DNA from: the human T2T-CHM13v2.0 reference genome, Homo sapiens
Strand: one strand, 5' to 3'
Length of the DNA stretch: 64,000 nucleotides
Assembly (NCBI RefSeq): GCF_009914755.1
Contig: NC_060948.1
This document shows, one piece after another, positions 51,024 to 64,000 of the stretch. The notes beneath the pieces are model-generated. The model did no database searches, was not told the DNA's origin, and saw only the letters and a list, made by a program, of their open reading frames with translations. A program made the translations under genes and the position numbers. Within the stretch, counting starts at the first letter, position 1. Every line of letters begins with the position of its first letter.

Positions 51024-53151
51024 AGATCCATATTTTTTAAAAGAAAAAAAATTTCAAAGGTACTCTGCTTGGTACAATAATCAAATGTATAAACTGAGGA
51101 ATAAAACATAACCATGAAACCTACTTATAACTGTATACGGAAAATACAGAGGATAATTTTTTAAATAACATATTTTGAAAGCCTTAACTAGTAATTTGAA
51201 GAGTTGGCATTTGAAAGGCCAGTATGAATATACCTTCAAAGCAGCAACACAGGTTCCCCATGAGAAAAAGCAAACTCAGGGAAAATAAAACCACAAAGGT
51301 TCCATCTCTTCTGACCTTTGAAAGACACAGCACAGACAGTGGTCCTTAGGACGAAGAGCAGGAGACCCCTAATTCCGTCACCATGGCGATAGGGCATAAA
51401 CATTGCTGGGTGAGGGCACAATCCACATTGTGAGGTCCAACTGCTGCCAGGAAGACAGGAGTGCTTTTACATAGACCGAAAGGTCATTGAAGGCTCAGAG
51501 TTTTGTTTCAAGAACTGAATCCCAAGCCCACACGTTATTAGGCTGCGCTTCTTAAAACAAGTTATGAGATGGGAAAAAGGGCACCCACAAACATACGTAT
51601 ACATTATGTATATAATAATATACAGTATCATATATATAATATATATAACCTATGTATAATATTGTTTTACATCCTGCATCTTATAATATATATATTGTAT
51701 AAAATATAATAATTGATAATATATAAGTTTTATATTTATACAATATGACATATAGTATATATTATAATTTATGACATATATAATATATGTTATATATCAT
51801 ATATAGAATATATTATACGGTTAATATACGTATTAAATATAAATTATACTTTATATATATTATATATAATATATCTGTTATATAAAATACCCATTATGCA
51901 TAATATATATGTTATGTCTATGTTATATATAGTATAAAACAACATATAATAATATATAATTGTATATATAAAATGCGACATATAATATATATTATATTTT
52001 GTGACATATGTAATATATATTATATATTATATATAATACGTTGTATGTATAATACCTATATTAAATATATATTATATGACTATGTTATTAATTACATGTC
52101 ACATATGTTATATATTATATATTTTACATAGAATATACCGGTTACATACAATATATACTATGTTACCTATAATGTATAATTTATTACATGTAAAATAAAG
52201 AATGCAATATATTATGTATAATTTATAATATACAATATGTGGAATGTGATATATATAACACATAATATATGATATAAGATATACAGTATATGATATATAA
52301 CATACAATATATGATACCTAATATATATGGTATACAATATATATTTTATGATATGTATTCTATATGTTTTATATTCTGTTATATATAACTATTTGAAATT
52401 ATATATAACTGTATAATATTTTATGTAAATATGTAATATAATATATATAACCATATAATATATTATATATAACTATATATTATGTTATATATACTTTTAT
52501 AACATAATTTACATAAAATATCATAATATAATATATATTATATTATTTCATATTACATAATATATATTACATATCACCCAATATAATTAACATACATAAT
52601 ATTATAATATAGATTATATTATGTTATATTAAATATCATATATATCATGTATCATATATTCTATAATATATATTATACATTATATAATATGTATGTTGTC
52701 TATTATGTGATATATATAACTATATATATAATTATATTATTATACATATAACTAGATAAACATGTAATTTGACATATTTTCATTTATAATATATAGAATT
52801 ATATAATCATATATAATTATTTATATTCTATAAAAAATTATATCATTATATAAATTATAATATATAAAAATTATAACATGTACTACAAATATATATATTA
52901 TATATCATATATGATATAGCACCTTTGTTATATATCATAATACATACAAATGTGTATTATGTTATCTATAATTGTAAAATTTCATATATAAGATGTATAA
53001 TGTGCATTATATATTATATATGTTATGTAATATATGTAGTATATATAAGATGACACAGGATAAATATTATATACTATGACATATAAAATATATGAGGTTA
53101 TATGTTACGTATAAGGCATAGCACATAACACGTAATATATATCATATATAA

Positions 53152-53443
<292 letters not shown>

Positions 53444-55555
53444 AGATCCATATTTTTTAAAAGAAAAAAAATTTCAAAGGTACTCTGCTTGGTACAATAA
53501 TCAAATGTATAAACTGAGGAATAAAACATAACCATGAAACCTACTTATAACTGTATACGGAAAATACAGAGGATAATTTTTTAAATAACATATTTTGAAA
53601 GCCTTAACTAGTAATTTGAAGAGTTGGCATTTGAAAGGCCAGTATGAATGTACCTTCAAAGCAGCAACACAGGTTCCCCATGAGAAAAAGCAAACTCAGG
53701 GAAAATAAAACCACAAAGGTTCCATCTCTTCTGACCTTTGAAAGACACAGCACAGACAGTGGTCCTTAGGACGAAGAGCAGGAGACCCCTAATTCCGTCA
53801 CCATGGCGATAGGGCATAAACATTGCTGGGTGAGGGCACAATCCACATTGTGAGGTCCAACTGCTGCCAGGAAGACAGGAGTGCTTTTACATAGACCGAA
53901 AGGTCATTGAAGGCTCAGAGTTTTGTTTCAAGAACTGAATCCCAAGCCCACACGTTATTAGGCTGCGCTTCTTAAAACAAGTTATGAGATGGGAAAAAGG
54001 GCACCCACAAACATACGTATACATTATGTATATAATAATATACAGTATCATATATATAATATATATAACCTATGTATAATATTGTTTTACATCCTGCATC
54101 TTATAATATATATATTGTATAAAATATAATAATTGATAATATATAAGTTTTATATTTATACAATATGACATATAGTATATATTATAATTTATGACATATA
54201 TAATATATGTTATATATCATATATAGAATATATTATACGGTTAATATACGTATTAAATATAAATTATACTTTATATATATTATATATAATATATCTGTTA
54301 TATAAAATACCCATTATGCATAATATATATGTTATGTCTATGTTATATATAGTATAAAACAACATATAATAATATATAATTGTATATATAAAATGCGACA
54401 TATAATATATATTATATTTTGTGACATATGTAATATATATTATATATTATATATAATACGTTGTATGTATAATACCTGTATTAAATATATATTATATGAC
54501 TATGTTATTAATTACATGTCACATATGTTATATATTATATATTTTACATAGAATATACCGGTTACATACAATATATACTATTTTACCTATAATGTATAAT
54601 TTATTACATGTAAAATAAAGAATGCAATATATTATGTATAATTTATAATATACAATATGTGGAATGTGATATATATAACATATAATGTATGATATAAGAT
54701 ATACAGTATATGATATATAACATACAATATATGATACCTAATATATATGGTATACAATATATATTTTATGATATGTATTCTATATGTTTTATATTCTGTT
54801 ATATATAACTATTTGAAATTATATATAACTGTATAATATTTTATGTAAATATGTAATATAATATATATAACCATATAATATATTATATATAACTATATAT
54901 TATGTTATATATACTTTTATAACATAATTTACATAAAATATCATAATATAATATATATTATATTATTTCATATTACATAATATATATTACATATCACCCA
55001 ATATAATTAACATACATAATATTATAATATAGATTATATTATGTTATATTAAATATCATATATATCATGTATCATATATTCTATAATATATATTATACAT
55101 TATATAATATGTATGTTGTCTATTATGTGATATATATAACTATATATATAATTATATTATTATACATATAACTAGATAAACATGTAATTCTACATATTTT
55201 CATTTATAATATATAGAATTATATAATCATATATAATTATTTATATTCTATAAAAAATTATATCATTATATAATTTATAATATATAAAAATTATAACATG
55301 TACTACAAATATATATATTATATATCATATATGATATAGCACCTTTGTTATATATCATAATACATATAAATGTGTATTATGTTATCTATAATTATAAAAT
55401 TTCATATATAAGATGTATAATGTGTATTATATATTATATATGTTATGTAATATATGTAGTATATATAAGATGACACAGGATAAATATTATATACTATGAC
55501 ATATAAAATATATGAGGTTATGTGTTACATATAAGGCATAGCACATAACACGTAA

Positions 55556-55862
<307 letters not shown>

Positions 55863-57967
55863 AGATCCATATTTTTTAAAAGAAAAAAAATTTCAAAGGT
55901 ACTCTGCTTGGTACAATAATCAAATGTATAAACTGAGGAATAAAACATAACCATGAAACCTACTTATAACTGTATACGGAAAATACAGAGGATAATTTTT
56001 TAAATAACATATTTTGAAAGCCTTAACTAGTAATTTGAAGAGTTGGCATTTGAAAGGCCAGTATGAATATACCTTCAAAGCAGCAACACAGGTTCCCCAT
56101 GAGAAAAAGCAAACTCAGGGAAAATAAAACCACAAAGGTTCCATCTCTTCTGACCTTTGAAAGACACAGCACAGACAGTGGTCCTTAGGACGAAGAGCAG
56201 GAGACCCCTAATTCCGTCACCATGGCGATAGGGCATAAACATTGCTGGGTGAGGGCACAATCCACATTGTGAGGTCCAACTGCTGCCAGGAAGACAGGAG
56301 TGCTTTTACATAGACCGAAAGGTCATTGAAGGCTCAGAGTTTTGTTTCAAGAACTGAATCCCAAGCCCACACGTTATTAGGCTGCGCTTCTTAAAACAAG
56401 TTATGAGATGGGAAAAAGGGCACCCACAAACATACGTATACATTATGTATATAATAATATACAGTATCATATATATAATATATATAACCTATGTATAATA
56501 TTGTTTTACATCCTGCATCTTATGTTATATATATTGAATAAAATATAATAATTGATAATATATAAGTTTTATAATTATACAATATGACATATAGTATATA
56601 TTATAATTTATGACATATATAATATATGTTATATATCATATATAGAATATATTATACGGTTAATATACGTATTAAATATAAATTATACATTATATATATT
56701 ATATATAATATATCTGTTATATATAATACCCATTATGCATAATATATATGTTATGTCTATGTTATATATAGTATAAAACAACATATAATAATATATAATT
56801 GTACATATAAAATGTGACATATAATATATATTATATTTTATAACATATGTAATATATATTATATATTATATATAATACGTTGTATGTATAATACCTATAT
56901 TAAATATATATTATATGACTATGTTATTAATTACATGTCACATGTGTTATATATTATATATTTTACATAGAATATACCGGTTACATACAATATATACTAT
57001 GTTACCTATAATGTATAATTTATTACATGTAAAATAAAGAATGCAATATATTATGTATAATTTATAATATACAATATGTGGAACGTGATATATATAACAT
57101 ATAATATATGATATATGATATACAGTATATGATATATAACATACAATATATGATTCCTAATATATATGGTATACAATATATATTTTATGATATGTATTCT
57201 ATATGTTTTATATTCTGTTATATATAACTATTTGAAATTATATATAACTGTATAATATTTTATGTAAATATGTAATATAATATATATAACTATATAATAT
57301 ATTATATATAACTATATATTATGTTATATATACTTTTATAACATAATTTACATAAAATATCATAATATAATATATATTATATTATTTCATATTACATAAT
57401 ATATATTACATATCACCCAATATAACTAACATACATAATATTATAATATAGATTATATTGTGTTATATTAAATATCATATATATCATGTATCATATATTC
57501 TATAATATATATTACACATTATATCATATGTATGTTGTCTATTATGTGATATATATAACTCTATATATAATTATATTTTTATACATATAACTAGATAAAC
57601 ATGTAATTCTACATATTTTCATTTATAATATGTAGAATTATATAATCATATATAATTATTTATATTCTATAAAAAATTTTATCATTATATAAATTATAAT
57701 ATATAAAAATTATAATATGTACTACAAATATATATATTATATATCATATATGATATAGTACCTTTGTTATATATCATAATACATATAAATGTGTATTATG
57801 TTATCTATAATTATATAATTTCCTATATAAGATATATAATATGTATCATATATTATATATGTTATGTAATATATACAGTATATATAAGATGACACAGGAT
57901 AAATATTATATACTATGATATATAAAATATATGAGGTTATATGTTACATATAAGGCATAGCACATAA

Positions 57968-58282
<315 letters not shown>

Positions 58283-60387
58283 AGATCCATATTTTTTAAA
58301 TGAAAAAAAATTTCCAAGGTACTCTGCTTGGTACAATAATCAAATGTATAAACTGAGGAATAAAACATAACCATGAAACCTACTTATAACTGCCTATGGA
58401 AAATACAGAGGATAATTTTTTAAATAACATATTTTGAAAGCCTTAACTAGTAATTTGAAGAGTTGGCATTTGAAAGGCCAGTATGAATATACCTTCAAAG
58501 CAGCAACACAGGTTCCCCATGAGAAAAAGCAAACACAGGGGAAATAAAAACACAAAGGTTCAATCTCTTCTGACCTTTGAAAGACACAGCACAGACAGTG
58601 GTCCTTGGGACGAAGAGCAGGAGACCCCTAATTCCGTCACCATGGCGATAGGGCATAAACATTGCTGGGTGAGGGCACAATCCACATTCTGAGGTCCAAC
58701 TGCTGCCAGGAAGACAGGAGTGCTTTTACATAGACCGAAAGGTCATTGAAGGCTCAGAGTTTTGTTTCAAGAACTGAATCCCAAGCCCACACGTTATTAG
58801 GCTGCGCTTCTTAAAACAAGTTATGAGATGGGAAAAAGGGCACCCAGAAACATACGTATACATTATGTATATAATAATATACAGTATCATATATATAATA
58901 TATATAACCTATGTGTAATATTGTTTTACATCCTGCATCTTATGTTATATATATTTTATAAAATATAATAATTGATAATATATAAGTTTTATAATTATAC
59001 AATATGACATATAGTATATATTATAATTTATGACATATATAATATATGTTATATATCATATATAGAATATATTATACGGTTAATATACGTATTAAATATA
59101 AATTATACATTATATATATTATATATAATATATCTGTTATATATAATACCCATTATGCATAATATATATATTATGTCTATGTTATATATAGTATAAAACA
59201 ACATATAATAATATATAATTGTATATATAAAATGTGACATATAATATATATTATATTTTATAACATATGTAATATATATTATATATTATATATAATACGT
59301 TGTATGTATAATACCTATATTAAATATATATTATATGACTATGTTATTAATTACATGTCACATGTGTTATATATTATATATTTTACATAGAATATACCGG
59401 TTACATACAATATATACTATGTTACCTATAATTTATAATTTATTACATGTAAAATAAAGAATGCAATATATTATGTATAATTTATAATATACAATATGTG
59501 GAATGTGATATATATAACATATAATATATGATATATGATATACAGTATATGATATATAACATACAATATATGATTCCTAATATATATGGTATACAATATA
59601 TATTTTATGATATGTATTCTATATGTTTTATATTCTGTTATATATAACTATTTGAAATTATATATAACTGTATAATATTTTATGTAAATATGTAATATAA
59701 TATATATAACTATATAATATATTATATATAACTATATATTATGTTATATATACTTTTATAACATAATTTACATAAAATATCATAATATAATATATATTAT
59801 ATTATTTCATATTACATAATATATATTACATGTCACCCAATATAACTAACATACATAATATTATAATATAGATTATATTGTGTTATATTAAATATCATAT
59901 ATATCATGTATCATATATTCTATAATATATATTACACATTATATAATATGTATGTTGTCTATTATGTGATATATATAACTCTATATATAATTATATATTT
60001 ATACATATAACTAGATAAACATGTAATTCTACATATTTTCATTTATAATATGTAGAATTATATAATCATATATAATTATTTATATTCTATAAAAAATTTT
60101 ATCATTATATAAATTATAATATATAAAAATTATAATATGTACTACAAATATATATATTATATATCATATATGATATAGTACCTTTGTTATATATCATAAT
60201 ACATATAAATGTGTATTATGTTATCTATAATTATATAATTTCATATATAAGATGTATAATATGTATCATATATTATATATGTTATGTAATATATACAGTA
60301 TATATAAGATGACACAGGATAAATATTATATACTATGACATATAAAATATATGAGGTTATATGTTACATATAAGGCATAGCACATAA

Positions 60388-60702
<315 letters not shown>

Positions 60703-62823
60703 AGATCCATATTTTTTAAATGAAAAAATATTTCAAAGGTACTCTGCTTGGTACAATAATCAAATGTATAAACTGAGGAATAAAACATAACCATGAAACC
60801 TACTTATAACTGCATATGGAAAATACAGAGGATAATTTTTTAAATAACATATTTTGAAAGCCTTAACTAGTAATTTGAAGAGTTGGCATTTGAAAGGCCA
60901 GTATGAATATACCTTCAAAGCAGCAACACAGGTTCCCCATGAGAAAAAGCAAACACAGGGGAAATAAAAACACAAAGGTTCAATCTCTTCTGACCTTTGA
61001 AAGACACAGCACAGACAGTGGTCCTTAGGACGAAGAGCAGGAGACCCCTAATTCCGTCACCATGGCGATAGGGCATAAACATTGCTGGGTGAGGGCACAA
61101 TCCACATTGTGAGGTCCAACTGCTGCCAGGAAGACAGGAGTGCTTTTACATAGACCGAAAGGTCATTGAAGGCTCAGAGTTTTGTTTCAAGAACTGAATC
61201 CCAAGCCCACACGTTATTAGGCTGCGCTTCTTAAAACAAGTTATGAGATGGGAAAAAGGGCACCCACAAACATACGTATACATTATGTATATAATAATAT
61301 ACAGTATCATATATATAATATATATAACCTATGTATAATATTGTTTTACATCCTGCATCTTATGTTATATATATTATATAAAATATAATAATTGATAATA
61401 TATAAGTTTTATAATTATACAATATGACATATAGTATATATTATAATTTATGACATATATAATATATGTTATATATCATATATAGAATATATTATACGTT
61501 TAATATACGTATTAAATATAAATTATACATTATATATATTATATGTAATATATCTGTTATATATAATACCCATTATGCATAATATATATATTATGTCTAT
61601 GTTATATATAGTATAAAACAACATATAATAATATATAACTGTATATATAAAATGAGACATATAATATATATTATATTTTATAACATATGTAATATATATT
61701 ATATATAATACGTTGTATGTATAATACCTATATTAAATATATATTATATGACTATGTTATTAATTACATGTCACATGTGTTATATATTATATATTTTACA
61801 TAGAATATACCGGTTACATACAATATATACTATGTTACCTATAATGTATAATTGATTACATGTAAAATAAAGAATGCAATATATTATGTATAATTTATAA
61901 TATACAATATGTGGAATGTGATATATATAACATATAATATATGATATATGATATACAGTATATGATATATAACATACAATATATGATTCCTAATATATAT
62001 GGTATACAATATATATTTTATGATATGTATTCTATATGTTTTATATTCTGTTATATATAACTATTTGAAATTATATATAACTGTATAATATTTTATGTAA
62101 ATATGTAATATAATATATATAACTATATAATATATTATATATAACTATATATTATGTTATATATACTTTTATAACATAATTTACATAAAATATCATAATA
62201 TAATATATATTATATTATTTCATATTACATAATATATATTACATATCACCCAATATAACTAACATACATAATATTATAATATAGATTATATTGTGTTATA
62301 TTAAATATCATATATATCATGTATCATATATTCTATAATATATATTACACATTATATCATATGTATGTTGTCTATTATGTGATATATATAACTCTATATA
62401 TAATTATATTTTTATACATATAACTAGATAAACATGTAATTCTACATATTTTCATTTATAATATGTAGAATTATATAATCATATATAATTATTTATATTC
62501 TATAAAAAATTTTATCATTATATAAATTATAATATATAAAAATTATAATATGTACTACAAATATATATATTATATATCATATATGATATAGTACCTTTGT
62601 TATATATCATAATACATATAAATGTGTATTATGTTATCTATAATTATATAATTTCATATATAAGATGTATAATATGTATCATATATTATATATGTTATGT
62701 AATATATACAGTATATATAAGATGACACAGGATAAATATTATATACTATGACATATAAAATATATGAGGTTATATGTTACATATAAGGCATAGCACATAA
62801 CATGTAATATATATCATATATAA

Positions 62824-63115
62824 TTTTTTTTTAGACAGAATCTTGTCCTGTTGTACAAGGTGGGGTACAATGGCGCCATCTTTGCTCACTGCAACTTCTG
62901 CCTCACGGGTCCAAGCGATTGTCCTCCCTCAGCCTCCCAGGTAGCTGGGACTACACCACACTGGGACTACACCAGCTGCCACCATGCCTAGCTAATTTTT
63001 TGGATTTTTAGTAGTGACAGCGTTTCACTGTATTGGCCAGGATGGTCTTGATCTCTTCACCTTGTGATCCCCTTGCCTTGGCCTCCAAATTTGCTGGGAT
63101 TACAGGCCTGAGCCA
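62824..63115 (-). mobile_element. Alu remnant, U27
   Basis: Same Alu motifs at unit periodicity. Confidence 0.9.
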
Positions 63116-64000
63116 AGATCCATATTTTTTAAATGAAAAAAAATTTCAAAGGTACTCTGCTTGGTACAATAATCAAATGTATAAACTGAGGAATAAAACA
63201 TAACCATGAAACCTACTTATAACTGCATATGGAAAATACAGAGGATAATTTTTTAAATAACATATTTTGAAAGCCTTAACTAGTAATTTGAAGAGTTGGC
63301 ATTTGAAAGGCCAGTATGAATATACCTTCAAAGCAGCAACACAGGTTCCCCATGAGAAAAAGCAAACACAGGGGAAATAAAAACACAAAGGTTCAATCTC
63401 TTCTGACCTTTGAAAGACACAGCACAGACAGTGGTCCTTAGGACGAAGAGCAGGAGACCCCTAATTCCGTCACCATGGCGATAGGGCATAAACATTGCTG
63501 GGTGAGGGCACAATCCACATTGTGAGGTCCAACTGCTGCCAGGAAGACAGGAGTGCTTTTACATAGACCGAAAGGTCATTGAAGGCTCAGAGTTTTGTTT
63601 CAAGAACTGAATCCCAAGCCCACACGTTATTAGGCTGCGCTTCTTAAAACAAGTTATGAGATGGGAAAAAGGGCACCCACAAACATACGTATACATTATG
63701 TATATAATAATATACAGTATCATATATATAATATATATAACCTATGTATAATATTGTTTTACATCCTGCATCTTATGTTATATATATTGTATAAAATATA
63801 ATAATTGATAATATATAAGTTTTATAATTATACAATATGACATATAGTATATATTATAATTTATGACATATATAATATATGTTATATATCATATATAGAA
63901 TATATTATACGGTTAATATACGTATTAAATATAAATTATACATTATATATATTATATATAATATATCTGTTATATATAATACCCATTATGCATAATATAT

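Overview
The whole 64 kb window is a single head-to-tail tandem array of about 26.5 copies of a ~2,420-bp composite unit. By structure it is the human DYZ2/HSat1B satellite, typical of Yq12 heterochromatin; this identification comes from recognising the sequence, not from a database search. Each unit has three parts: a decayed, slightly 5'-truncated minus-strand AluY/Sc-like element (~290 bp), a ~570-bp moderately AT-rich HSATI-type segment, and a ~1,560-bp extremely AT-rich low-complexity segment. Unit starts, taken at the motif cgccatc or its variants, are U1 1, U2 2421, U3 4840, U4 7260, U5 9680, U6 12100, U7 14520, U8 16940, U9 19360, U10 21773, U11 24186, U12 26606, U13 29026, U14 31439, U15 33859, U16 36272, U17 38690, U18 41100, U19 43522, U20 45942, U21 48362, U22 50782, U23 53202, U24 55621, U25 58041, U26 60461 and U27 62874. 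I see no credible protein-coding gene, tRNA/rRNA, CRISPR array, inversion or foreign insertion, and no new enzymatic system. The interesting signal is higher-order architecture: two monomer classes in blocks, a 21-unit (50,781-bp) higher-order duplication, chimeric crossover units, local dimer-type higher-order repeats, a hidden heptamer register in the AT-rich part, and a per-unit cluster of HMG-box-like motifs.
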